Source: Microcystis aeruginosa NIES-843 (GTDB taxonomy: Bacteria; Cyanobacteriota; Cyanobacteriia; Cyanobacteriales; Microcystaceae). From it: a DNA stretch of 32,000 nt. Each line of letters starts with the position of its first letter. The stretch's first letter is position 1. This document shows, in pieces, positions 8,285 through 17,005 of this stretch. The position numbers were made by a program, and so were the translations under genes. The stretch is taken from NCBI RefSeq assembly GCF_000010625.1, contig NC_010296.1, positions 4,650,001-4,682,000 on the forward strand. The letters run 5' to 3'. The notes beneath the pieces were generated by a model. The model saw only the letters and a list, made by a program, of their open reading frames with translations, had not been told where the DNA came from and searched no databases.

Positions 8285-9588
8285 GAAACCCCGTCGTTCT
8301 ACGACGGCTTTACTGTTAAATATGAGCATCGTTTACGAAATATATGCTAAAATGTGAGGTATGGAAAAAGCCTATTCGTTTCGATTTTACCCCACACCCG
8401 AACAAGAGTCGCTATTGCGGCGCACATTGGGCTGTGTAAGATTAGTTTACAATAAAGCTCTCCACGAACGAACACAAGCTTGGTATGAAAGACAAGAAAG
8501 AGTAGGCTACGCTCAAACTTCTTCAATGTTGACCGATTGGAAAAAGCAAGAAGAATTAAACTTTCTCAATGAAGTAAGCTGTGTACCTTTACAACAAGGG
8601 TTAAGACATTTACAAACAGCTTTTACTAATTTCTTTGCTGGTCGTACTAAGTATCCTAACTTTAAGAAAAAACATCAGGGAGGAAGTGCCGAATTTACCA
8701 AATCTGCTTTTAAATTTAAAGACAAACAAATCTATTTAGCTAAATGCACAGAACCTTTACCTATTCGATGGTCAAGACAAATCCCAGACGGATGTGAACC
8801 AAGTACAGTAACAGTCAGATTACATCCATCAGGACGCTGGCATATCTCAATAAGATTTGATGACCCAACGATTAAGCCTTTACCAGTAACAGATAAAGCC
8901 ATCGGAATTGACTTAGGAATTAGTAGCCTCGTGATTACCAGCGATGGCGATAAAGTATCTAATCCTAAGCATTTTAAAAAGCATTATCGGAGACTGCGAA
9001 AGGCACAAAAAAATCTTTCTAGAAAACAGAAAGGCTCAAATAATCGAGAAAAAGCAAGAATCAAAGTAGCCAAGATTCACGCCCAAATTACTGATAACAG
9101 AAAAGACCATTTACACAAGCTAACCACTCAATTAGTTCGTGAAAACCAAACGATTGTGGTTGAGAATTTAGCCGTCAAGAATATGGTCAAAAACCCGAAA
9201 TTATCTCAGGCAATATCTGACGTTAGTTGGGGAGAAATTACCCGACAATTAGCCTATAAATGCCGTTGGTATGGAAGAAATTACATCGAAATAGATAGAT
9301 GGTTTCCTAGCTCTAAAAGATGTAGTAATTGCGGGTATATTGCTGAAAAAATGCCGTTAAATGTTCGAGAATGGGATTGTCCAGACTGTGGGACACACCA
9401 TGACCGAGATATTAACGCCAGTAAAAATATTTTGGCCGCAGGGCTTGCGGTGTCAGTCTGTAGAGCGACCATAAGACCAGAACAGAGTAAATCTGTTAAG
9501 GCAGGTGCGGAACCCCGCAAGGGAAAGAAGCAGAAACCTAAATCGTGAGGTTTGGGAATCACCGTCCGTTTACGGCGGTGAGGATGTC
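8285..9588 (+). mobile_element. IS200/IS605-family, TnpB-only (IS1341-like) element with no tnpA
   Basis: The left subterminal hairpin is ccgtcgt-tct-acgacgg (8291-8307). The right subterminal imperfect hairpin is caccgtccg-ttta-cggcggtg (9560-9580). Together they bracket tnpB. The element interrupts the IS110-like reading frame, which resumes at about 9589. The boundaries are good to roughly 5 bp. Confidence 0.75.
8361..9548 (+). CDS. tnpB: TnpB, an RNA-guided RuvC-like nuclease (OrfB_IS605 with a zinc ribbon)
   Basis: The ORF is 395 aa. The RuvC triad contexts IGIDLGI (D), VVENLAVKNM (E) and HHDRDINASKNI (D) are all present, as is the zinc ribbon CSNCGY...CPDCG. Confidence 0.9.
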   Translation: MEKAYSFRFYPTPEQESLLRRTLGCVRLVYNKALHERTQAWYERQERVGYAQTSSMLTDWKKQEELNFLNEVSCVPLQQGLRHLQTAFTNFFAGRTKYPNFKKKHQGGSAEFTKSAFKFKDKQIYLAKCTEPLPIRWSRQIPDGCEPSTVTVRLHPSGRWHISIRFDDPTIKPLPVTDKAIGIDLGISSLVITSDGDKVSNPKHFKKHYRRLRKAQKNLSRKQKGSNNREKARIKVAKIHAQITDNRKDHLHKLTTQLVRENQTIVVENLAVKNMVKNPKLSQAISDVSWGEITRQLAYKCRWYGRNYIEIDRWFPSSKRCSNCGYIAEKMPLNVREWDCPDCGTHHDRDINASKNILAAGLAVSVCRATIRPEQSKSVKAGAEPRKGKKQKPKS

Positions 9589-9608
9589 AAGGTCAAGTAA
9601 TTTCTACT
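9430..9608 (+). ncRNA. Putative omega (re)RNA of TnpB: a scaffold from the tnpB 3' end and right end, plus about 20 nt of flanking guide
   Basis: This is called by analogy with characterised TnpB systems, where the omega RNA overlaps the tnpB 3' end and the right end. The right-end hairpin is visible at 9560-9580. The 5' end of the RNA cannot be fixed by eye. Confidence 0.35.
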
Positions 9609-9733
9609 ACTCTCGTCTCCGACTTACCAGAACTCGGTCAATTAACCGCCAAACAAATCTCTCGCTTAGTTCCTAGAGATTCACACTTTTTGTTATCTCT
9701 AATCAAGGGTTGCGCTTGCTTTGGTTTAACCTG
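9589..9733 (+). pseudogene. IS110-family transposase fragment (start of the Transposase_20 region), continuing 8093-8284, then diverged and truncated
   Basis: It reads (C)QGQVISTTLVSDLPELGQLTAKQISRLV, which matches the G.V....L.A.LPELG.L..KQIA.LVG pattern of IS110-family proteins. The similarity then breaks down, and a stop follows at 9731-9733. Confidence 0.55.
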
Positions 9734-9986
9734 AGCAGCTTAGCTTTTGCTGCGCTTTTTTCCGGCTTGAGATTTTGAGTTTTACGGCAACTGCTTGAGT
9801 TTTTTTTTAAATTCCCCCTTGACCATCAAGACAGTCGCTACACTATACTCGTTGTCAAACAGCCAAGTTATGGTTCACAATTGTGTCATTTTATGGGTAA
9901 ATTCACAAACTGTCACAACCGTTAGTGAAACTTGATCAATCTTTTTCTAACATAAAAGAAAGAGAAATAAAAATGGGGGGATTGAG

Positions 9987-10751
9987 ATGTTTTTAAGCTA
10001 TCTAGGATTTATCGGATTTTGTGTGATTTTTGGAGCCTTAGTCTTACTAGCTTTTGGAATTTTACAATGGTTGCACATCCCGTCAGGAAATTTAATCGAT
10101 TGGTTGATTGGGATCGCCAGTTTTTGGTGGTTGTTAGTAATTGTGACTGTTCCTTGGAACATTTATTTTGATGCCCAGGAAGTCATCGCAGAAGCAGCAA
10201 TTTCTCAAGAAAAAAATATTCCCGTAGATCGGAAACAAGTTGATTATGTTAAGACAGTAGCGCGTTGGTCAATTCGGCTCGCAATCGCCTTACATTTGCT
10301 GTCAGGAATTGGACTTTATACCTTAGCAGCAACGGGAATTAGTGCAGTAGGATATGTGAGTTCCGGTGCAACTTTATTATTGACAGCTTTACGTCCGGCG
10401 ATTCGGGCTTATCAATATTTAGCCGTGCGTTTGTCAATGATTCGAGAACAGATTAAGTATCCCAGAGAGGATGTAGTAGAGTTGCGCGTTTGCGTCTCTA
10501 ATTTAGAGGCTAATGTGGCAATAATTAGGGAAAAACTCGATACAGAAGCAAATATACAGCAACAAGAAGTCAAAATAACTCGCCAAGAATTAGCCCGTCT
10601 GAAAGCCTTACTAGAAAAATTAGAAGCTAAAAATCAGGTTGAACATGAAACCTTATCTCAGGAAGCACAAAATGCGATCGCACAACTGACAGAAGACAGT
10701 CAATTTCTCAATCATGTACGAGAGATTATTCGCTTTTTCAAGACAGCTTAG
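9987..10751 (+). CDS. Hypothetical membrane protein: about 4 N-terminal TM helices plus a C-terminal coiled coil
   Basis: The ORF is 254 aa. Hydrophobic segments include FIGFCVIFGALVLLAFGIL, LIGIASFWWLLVIVTV, IRLAIALHLLSGIGLYTLAA and VGYVSSGATLLLTAL. A heptad-like, charged region follows: EANVAIIREKLDTEANIQQQEVKITRQELARLKALLEKLEAKNQ. A purine-rich stretch precedes the ATG. Confidence 0.8.
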   Translation: MFLSYLGFIGFCVIFGALVLLAFGILQWLHIPSGNLIDWLIGIASFWWLLVIVTVPWNIYFDAQEVIAEAAISQEKNIPVDRKQVDYVKTVARWSIRLAIALHLLSGIGLYTLAATGISAVGYVSSGATLLLTALRPAIRAYQYLAVRLSMIREQIKYPREDVVELRVCVSNLEANVAIIREKLDTEANIQQQEVKITRQELARLKALLEKLEAKNQVEHETLSQEAQNAIAQLTEDSQFLNHVREIIRFFKTA

Positions 10752-10873
10752 ATGAGATTAATTTCTTAAGAGATCTAACCAAGGCTGAAACCCTTACTGT
10801 TCCCTGTTCCCTTGTCTCCACAGTTAACTTTAACTTTACCTTTAAGTGGTCGGACAAAAGTAAAGTTAACCGT

Positions 10874-10896
10874 GGGAGTCAGGAGTCAGGAGTCAG
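10874..10896. repeat. (GGAGTCA)x3 heptamer microsatellite
   Basis: The sequence gggagtcaggagtcaggagtcag is read directly. The same heptamer recurs at 22715-22748. Confidence 0.8.
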
Positions 10897-10967
10897 CAAG
10901 AATTGCCAGAATTACATTTCTTAAGACAGACGAGAGAATTTATGTCCGACTACTTATCTGATTACTT

Positions 10968-13900
10968 ATGTCCTTTCAAGAGAAGCGAATCATCCCCATA
11001 GAAATCGTCAATCCCAACTCGCCAGCCGAACTTTTACTAGCTCTCAATCAATGGCTAGAATTAGAGTTGATTGCCGACAAAAGACTAGAATTAGCAATAA
11101 ATGCGAGAGAAAATTCAGTTCAAGAAACCCTCGCTCTGACAATAACCACCAGCGTCCCTATAGCTAACTTTTTAGAAGGTTTGGGGCAATGGCAAGAGCG
11201 AGGCTGGCTGACTGCTTCTCAAATCCGGGTTGTTATAAGAGTGAGAGCTTCCCATCCCCCTCTACTACAAGGTTTAGAACAATGGCTCCAATTAGGATTA
11301 CTTGGGGAATCTCAAGTCAAGCAACTGTGTCGGGAAAACCTCTCCTGTGTCATGCCTATACTGACAACTGCCCCTACCAGAGAGCCGCTGCCAGACCCCA
11401 TCTCCTCCCAGCCGCCTCCCCCACCCGCGCTACCTTCTCGACGGCCAGAAGCTCCCCGTAGAATCCCGCCACGGCCGCCAACATCTCCTCGACGGCAGGA
11501 AACTCCCAGTCAATTCGGACAAATGTTACAGTCTCTGATGGCAGAATTGAGCGTCCTCTGGCTGCTGCTGTTGGGAGTCTTCATGGTGGTCATCTCCTCT
11601 GGTGTCCTCGCCGCCAACTTTTGGGAAAAATTCTCAAGCGCCGGACAGTATGGGGTTTTGTGGCTTTATACTTTAGCTTTTTGGGGAGCCAGTTTTTGGA
11701 GTAGCCAACAGCCGGGCCTGCGCCTGACCAGTCAAGCTTTGCGCCTGGTTACCCTGTTGCTAGTACCGATGAATTTTCTGGCCATGGATAGCTTGGGCTT
11801 GTGGCGCAACCCTCTAGCCTGGTTGATTGTGGTAGTGGCTGCCCTTTCCCTTACCGCCGTAACAGTTCAACTATTCCGGGGGAGGTACGGGGGAACTGGC
11901 CCGGCAGGATTTTCTCAAAGTCTGCCGAATCACTTGGGATTGAGCTATCTGCATTGGGGATGGGCAATTGGGGGTTTTCCCTTGCTGGCAACTTACTTGG
12001 GCGTGGTGGGAACAACTTTGATCTCCCTTTCCCGTGTTCCTGAAGGAGCCGGACAAGAAGCAGCATCAAGGAGAGAAAGATTAGCCCCTTTTAGCTTAAA
12101 TGAGGCAATTGTCGTCTATGGGCTGGTTATCCTGCTGGTGCGGGCAATTTTTATCGCTCAGGTAGAGATTAGCCAATTGGGGCTGGCTGTGGGGATTTGC
12201 GGCTGGTTAGCCAGTTGGCAGACCAGACAATCTGTTTCCTTGTGGCAGCGTATCGGCGGTAGCTTGCTGCTGCTAGGTTGGTTACTGTCGGTGGGTGAAA
12301 CACCTTGGCAAGCCCTAGCAGTGAGTGGTTTATCACTCCTGTTTTTTGCCCGACGCATCGGTTACTCCTGGCGGAAGTTCGACTTGGCAGCAGCCTTGCT
12401 GATTGGGTTGCAGGGGTTGTGGCTGGCTTGGCGCTTACTTCCAGACACTTTCAGGCAAGGGGCAATCACCTTGGGGACTGGTTTAACTGGCGCTGAAGCT
12501 ACCCCTTGGGCGTTACTAAGCTTAGTTTTCTTTCCTTACCTAGTCTTAATCCTATTCCTGACAGATTGGTTCTCCCAATTGGGCAAGCGGGAATTAGCCT
12601 CTTTTACCGGCTCGATAGCCTTGTTCTGGGGAACAACCTTGACCTTTTGCTCCTTAGTCAATCCTGCCTTGAGGACGCTCAACTTGGCAGCTTCAACCCT
12701 GGCGTTAGTAATTTTCAGCCAACGGCAAGTCAAACTAGCTTCCCTTCAAGAGATTTCCCGCCGTTTTCTCTCCCTGGCCTATCTCACTCACCTAGCTGGC
12801 TTGCTCACCCTAATTTTGGCGATTGACTGGGGATGGCCAAGGTTGAGTTGGGCAGTTTGGGGCGTGATTTTAATCATGCTGGCGGTGCTGGAATTGGCAT
12901 TCAGCGTGAAACAGCCCTTTCCTCCTACTTCCTTGCTCCATCTCCTACACCACACAACTTGGAAGCTGGGACTAATCTTGGCTGGGCTATCCTATGGCTT
13001 GTTTATCCTCAATCAGGTGGCAGTTTTCGCCCAGTTGACCTCTGTGTTGGAGCGCCCGCTTATGGGGCTAGAGTGGGGCTTAGTCTGGGGTTTGGCTCCC
13101 CTGGCCCTGACTGGGGTGGCAACTTGGAATCTGGCTCGGCGGGAAGTTGCCAGTTGGTTGAGTATAGACGCTTTAGCCCTGTGGCAGTGGCTTATCTTAA
13201 CAGCCCGACCCCCGCAAGGGTTGGAACCAGGAATTGCCTCAATTAGCTTAGGGATAGCTACAGGATTGATGTTCGTCAATAGCCGTAACTTAGAGCAGGT
13301 AGCAGCAGCAGCGATTACCGTAGGTTTTGGCTTGAGTTGGCTGGCACTGTGTTTGTGGGATGGCAGTTTTGGTTGGGCATTGCGGCAAGAAGCAAGCTGG
13401 CTGTTGGCAGGGGTAATTACTGCGACAAGCTTGTGGATTCTCCGCCAATGCTTAAGGGCATTACCGAATAATTTGGCGAGAATTTATGCCCAGGTTAGCG
13501 ATGGTTGGGCAACTTGCCTCTCCCTCCTGATGTTATTGGCGCTTTCTGGTAATGTCCTTAATTCTCCAGACGGTAGAGAAGCGATCGCCACTTGGCTGCT
13601 GATGGGGGCGACAGCTTATCGCAGTTGGCAACCCTCGCGCCAACCTAACCTAGTCATTTGGTTGAGCATCTCAGTCCTGTTAGTTGCCCAAATTCCCACC
13701 TGGGTAGGGGTAGAAACCCGCCTAGTCACCTTTGCGATCGCCACTGGTTTGATGTTCTTTCAGACTCATCGCCTACAAAAATTAGCAGCGGCTGCCATCA
13801 CGGTCGGCTTGTCCTTGGGCTTGAGCGTTGCCTTACTAGAGAGATTGCCTCTCCCTGGATTAGATTGGCTGTTGGCGGGGGCAATCGCCCTTATCCCCCT

Positions 13901-15611
13901 CTCCCTCTGGCTGTTGCGCTATTGGTTGAGCCAGCGGACTTCTGCACTTGCTCTCCTCTATGCCCGCGCCTGCGATGGCTGGGCAATTGCCCTCTGTAGT
14001 CTGGAGTTAGTCGCCCTGACTCTCCATTCTCTAGCCGTTTACTCGGATTGGATGGCTGCCTCGAGCCTTCCTGTCCTAGCGGCTGCCCTGACTTTAGGGG
14101 CGATCGCCTATCGAAGCTACCTCGAGCCGAGTAACTGGGGCATCTACGGGGTAGGCTGGAGCTTGGAACTGTTCACCATCGAAGTTCTCAACCTAACTAA
14201 GCAGTCTTTAATTGCCCTAGCGATCGCCAATATTCTCTTGGGATTGCTTACCCAACTGTTGGGAGATTGGTGGCACAGAGATCACAGGCGGGAAATGCTC
14301 AATAGCTGGAATATCCTACCCTTGCTCTATGGGGCCCTAGGAGCGGCTCTGCGTTGGGGATTTTTCAGTAGTTGGACTGGCTTGAGTTCTCTGGGACTGG
14401 TACTGATTGCCATCGGGGTTGGGCGGCGCTCCCCGGCAGGGAAGCCCTTGTTGTACCTGGGAATTGGCGGGATCTCCATCTCAGCCTACGAGCTATTGTT
14501 TTATCAAATTGCCGACCTGTCCCAAGGCGATCAATTTTTGGCAATGGCAGCCCTGGCCGCCAACTTGGTTTACGGCTATCGGTTGCTCTCTCCCTGGTTG
14601 GCTGGCTACTTGCATCTGACGGGTTCAGAATTGAAGTTGGTTGCCCACCTGCACTGGGCTTTGGGCAGTTGCCTGTTACTAGGGGCTTTATTCTATCCCG
14701 TTGCAGTCAATCAACTGTTGGGATTGGCAACCGGTATCTTTTTGACTCGTTATGCTATCTGGCAAGGGCGCAACCATCCTGACCAGGCGATCGCTGAAAT
14801 CTGGGTCTATCTGGGTATTCTAGAAGCCACTGGGATTGGGGTTTATGCTGCCAATACTATTCCTCCGATGGAATTCTTCTCTCAATACCTAGTTTCTTGG
14901 TTGGGAGTAATCGCCTCTGGGGTGGCTGTTTTCACCTATCTGCTCCCTTGGCGGCTTTGGGGCTGGCCGCCTCGTCCTTGGCAATTCCTCGCTCTTGTTC
15001 TTCCAGGACTCGCCCTTGGGGGCAGTTTAGACAAGCTCAATCCCCTAAGTTTGCTGGTGGTGGCTGGATTCTATGCTTGGCTGGCTTGGCTGCGGCAGCA
15101 ACCCCGGTGGCGCTATCTTACCCTCTTGTTAGTGAATTGGGCGATCGCCCTTTGGCTGGCGGATTTCTCTCTGGCAACTCCCTTCGCCTACAGCAGTCTT
15201 GTCGGATTGTCTATCCTCTGTCTTGTCTGGATAGAACCTACCTGTCAGGGGAGGCAAGGCAAATCCTTGCGCCACCTGCTTCGCCTCTTGGGAACAGGCA
15301 TTATTGCTAGTGCGGCTCTCTGGTTTCATCATCAGACGGGAATCCTGCCTGGCATCCTCAGTTTAGTGGCAATTTTTGCCGGATTAGCCTTACGAATTCG
15401 CGCCTTCCTCTATCTTGGCACTTTTACTTTTGTGGCTAATGCTTTCTATCAGTTGGTAATTTTGATTTCCCTTTATCCTCTGCTTAAATGGATTATCGGA
15501 TTGCTGGTGGGGGTTAGCTTGCTCTCAATTGCTGGCAATTTTGAAACTCGCCGTACTCAATTAACTAGCTTGCTGCAAAATTGGCTCAGAGACTTACAGG
15601 AGTGGGATTGA
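10968..15611 (+). CDS. Giant polytopic membrane protein of unknown function: a soluble N-terminal triple repeat, a proline-rich linker and several tens of TM segments
   Basis: The ORF is an uninterrupted 1547 aa. Three QW-type repeats occur at the N-terminus (LLALNQWLELELIADK, LEGLGQWQERGWLTASQ and LQGLEQWLQLGLLGESQ). These are followed by PLPDPISSQPPPPPALPSRRPEAPRRIPPRPPTSPRR and then about 1350 aa of L/A/G/W-rich hydrophobic segments. The gene is more GC-rich than its surroundings. I can recognise no catalytic motif. Confidence 0.9.
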   Translation: MSFQEKRIIPIEIVNPNSPAELLLALNQWLELELIADKRLELAINARENSVQETLALTITTSVPIANFLEGLGQWQERGWLTASQIRVVIRVRASHPPLLQGLEQWLQLGLLGESQVKQLCRENLSCVMPILTTAPTREPLPDPISSQPPPPPALPSRRPEAPRRIPPRPPTSPRRQETPSQFGQMLQSLMAELSVLWLLLLGVFMVVISSGVLAANFWEKFSSAGQYGVLWLYTLAFWGASFWSSQQPGLRLTSQALRLVTLLLVPMNFLAMDSLGLWRNPLAWLIVVVAALSLTAVTVQLFRGRYGGTGPAGFSQSLPNHLGLSYLHWGWAIGGFPLLATYLGVVGTTLISLSRVPEGAGQEAASRRERLAPFSLNEAIVVYGLVILLVRAIFIAQVEISQLGLAVGICGWLASWQTRQSVSLWQRIGGSLLLLGWLLSVGETPWQALAVSGLSLLFFARRIGYSWRKFDLAAALLIGLQGLWLAWRLLPDTFRQGAITLGTGLTGAEATPWALLSLVFFPYLVLILFLTDWFSQLGKRELASFTGSIALFWGTTLTFCSLVNPALRTLNLAASTLALVIFSQRQVKLASLQEISRRFLSLAYLTHLAGLLTLILAIDWGWPRLSWAVWGVILIMLAVLELAFSVKQPFPPTSLLHLLHHTTWKLGLILAGLSYGLFILNQVAVFAQLTSVLERPLMGLEWGLVWGLAPLALTGVATWNLARREVASWLSIDALALWQWLILTARPPQGLEPGIASISLGIATGLMFVNSRNLEQVAAAAITVGFGLSWLALCLWDGSFGWALRQEASWLLAGVITATSLWILRQCLRALPNNLARIYAQVSDGWATCLSLLMLLALSGNVLNSPDGREAIATWLLMGATAYRSWQPSRQPNLVIWLSISVLLVAQIPTWVGVETRLVTFAIATGLMFFQTHRLQKLAAAAITVGLSLGLSVALLERLPLPGLDWLLAGAIALIPLSLWLLRYWLSQRTSALALLYARACDGWAIALCSLELVALTLHSLAVYSDWMAASSLPVLAAALTLGAIAYRSYLEPSNWGIYGVGWSLELFTIEVLNLTKQSLIALAIANILLGLLTQLLGDWWHRDHRREMLNSWNILPLLYGALGAALRWGFFSSWTGLSSLGLVLIAIGVGRRSPAGKPLLYLGIGGISISAYELLFYQIADLSQGDQFLAMAALAANLVYGYRLLSPWLAGYLHLTGSELKLVAHLHWALGSCLLLGALFYPVAVNQLLGLATGIFLTRYAIWQGRNHPDQAIAEIWVYLGILEATGIGVYAANTIPPMEFFSQYLVSWLGVIASGVAVFTYLLPWRLWGWPPRPWQFLALVLPGLALGGSLDKLNPLSLLVVAGFYAWLAWLRQQPRWRYLTLLLVNWAIALWLADFSLATPFAYSSLVGLSILCLVWIEPTCQGRQGKSLRHLLRLLGTGIIASAALWFHHQTGILPGILSLVAIFAGLALRIRAFLYLGTFTFVANAFYQLVILISLYPLLKWIIGLLVGVSLLSIAGNFETRRTQLTSLLQNWLRDLQEWD

Positions 15612-15654
15612 CATACTCCCACCGTCACAGCCTAACTTGACGGGGGGAGTATGT
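15611..15654. terminator. Shared stem-loop between convergent genes (a candidate bidirectional terminator)
   Basis: A 10-bp stem acatactccc/gggagtatgt (15611-15620 and 15645-15654) contains an inner cgtca...tgacg pairing. It begins at the last base of the stop codon of the 1547-aa gene, and its 3' arm ends on the stop codon of the minus-strand gene. Confidence 0.5.
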
Positions 15655-16397
15655 CACTGTTGTAATGCTTTTAAGAAGCGTCCCATAGTGGCAAATAAAC
15701 CGGACTTTTTGGCTTTATTAGCAGGATTAGAACTATCATTAGGAGTATTACTAGAAGCTTTCAGAATCAGATTTTCTAAAGCTTCCCCCATGGGTTTAGT
15801 GGATTGTTCGGAAATTAACTCGTAACCGTCTTCTTTTTCGAGCCAAACTTGCCACAAAGAAGGATAGGAACGATACACGATCGCTGATTCCAAGGGACGA
15901 AAATAATAACAACTTTCTAGGGTACTTAAAAATCTTTCTCGCAATTGTCGGGCTGCGTAACCGATACCCACTACCGATACATCTTCCAATTGGGGAATCA
16001 GAAGAACCACGGGGCGATCTTCGGCCAAGTTACAGAGTTTTTCTACGGAATTAATCTCCACCGAGGAGGGACAAACAACTAAAAACGCTTCATCTTCGGG
16101 CTTAATTTTGTTTTCGATGGGAATAAAACGACTACCTAAATCTCCCAGTTGAAAAACTGTTTCTCCCCAATCCCGTCGGGCTAACATGGCAGCCCCGGTA
16201 TCGGGAAAAATTACCCTTAAACCAGAACCATAACTGTCAAAAATAGATGTAAAATCAAGGGCTAAAGCTTGCGCTTGTAGAGCAATTTCTGGGATAACTA
16301 ATTCCACTTGTATGCGTCTGTCTCCCGATTCTAGAGCCAGTTGGGTGGCGGCTTTCGCTTGCAGGATCGTTTCTTCTAGGGAATTGGGTAGGGTCAT
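15654..16397 (-). CDS. Conserved cyanobacterial/plastid-type protein, DUF1995-like
   Basis: The ORF is 247 aa. The N-terminus LPNSLEETILQAKAATQLALESGDRRIQVELVIPEI, together with FLVVCPSSV and VVLLIPQLED, fits my recollection of the DUF1995 family. I have not verified this by a search. Confidence 0.8.
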   Translation of the reverse strand: MTLPNSLEETILQAKAATQLALESGDRRIQVELVIPEIALQAQALALDFTSIFDSYGSGLRVIFPDTGAAMLARRDWGETVFQLGDLGSRFIPIENKIKPEDEAFLVVCPSSVEINSVEKLCNLAEDRPVVLLIPQLEDVSVVGIGYAARQLRERFLSTLESCYYFRPLESAIVYRSYPSLWQVWLEKEDGYELISEQSTKPMGEALENLILKASSNTPNDSSNPANKAKKSGLFATMGRFLKALQQ

Positions 16398-16398
16398 T

Positions 16399-16425
16399 TC
16401 AGTTATCAGTTATCAGTTATCAGTG
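16399..16425. repeat. (CTGATAA)x3 heptamer run directly upstream of the DUF1995-like start codon, in sense orientation for that gene
   Basis: The minus strand reads cactgataactgataactgataactgaaATG. Confidence 0.8.
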
Positions 16426-16480
16426 ACTACCACTGGTCGTCGGTGGCTTAAAATCAGAAAGATTTTAATTTTTATAAAAG

Positions 16481-16607
16481 GTAGGGTTGATTCATGAATG
16501 AACCCTACGTCCTGTAGGGGCGAAGCATTCGGGCAATAACCTATCGGTGAAACCGTAGATTTTCTATCCGAATGCTTCGCCCGTACTTTTTGCCGCAAAC
16601 CCTACTT
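16481..16607. repeat. MITE-like composite: a 28-bp palindrome, a long hairpin and a MITE-A-like end
   Basis: The palindrome is gtagggttgattcatgaatgaaccctac. The hairpin is a 14-bp stem, gggcgaagcattcg...cgaatgcttcgccc. The end is ...gcaaaccctactta. All are read directly, and each matches a repeat family seen elsewhere in the window. Confidence 0.6.
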
Positions 16608-16727
16608 AAGTTTAGATGAAGTATGACGGGATTTGGCATCATCCCCAGCATTAAGATAAATCCTATAAAATACCTTTAGTTTTTAACAAGAAAGTCGGTA
16701 ATCGGAGAAAAGGTGAGGAGAGAAGGC

Positions 16728-17000
16728 TTAGGAAAGCCGATAGGAGCCGTGACGTTGGGCATAATAACCGAGAATTGCCGTGACCAGAGGGCGATCGCTT
16801 TCCTGAAAAGTCTCGGTATAGTTAATTTCTAGACTACCGATCTGACTTTGGTGATAATCGAATTGTTGGAACTGCTGGGGAGTGAGATGGGTTTCGACCC
16901 CCTGAACCTGTTGTAAATGGCTGGCTAATTCTCGATAGATAGCCAAGGGCATTTGGGGATAAATAATGGTTTGTTTTTGTTGAATAGCAATCGATCGCAC
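16728..17000 (-). CDS. Small hypothetical protein (90 aa), distal gene of the lipoprotein operon
   Basis: The GTG start lies 5 nt after the upstream stop, and a GGAGAA Shine-Dalgarno-like sequence sits in the end of the upstream gene. I see no recognisable motif. Confidence 0.65.
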   Translation of the reverse strand: MRSIAIQQKQTIIYPQMPLAIYRELASHLQQVQGVETHLTPQQFQQFDYHQSQIGSLEINYTETFQESDRPLVTAILGYYAQRHGSYRLS

Positions 17001-17005
17001 GGGTT

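Noticed and set aside
8108-8350. An 80-aa ORF upstream of tnpB (a possible TnpA or accessory gene), and the antisense ORF at 8090-8329
   Set aside because: The + ORF is a chimera of the IS110-like pseudogene fragment read into the left end of the TnpB element. It has a TTG start and no similarity to Y1 (HUH) or serine-recombinase TnpA motifs.
9819-9849. TTGACC ... TATACT as a sigma70-type promoter for the 254-aa gene
   Set aside because: The spacer between the best hexamers is 19 nt, and alternative -10 choices are poor. This is plausible but not supportable without TSS data.
11189-15332. About a dozen 60-137-aa ORFs in alternative frames and on the opposite strand of the 1547-aa gene
   Set aside because: They are a typical by-product of a long GC-rich gene. 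All are nested in the uninterrupted 4.6-kb ORF and have low-complexity R/P/G/S-rich translations.
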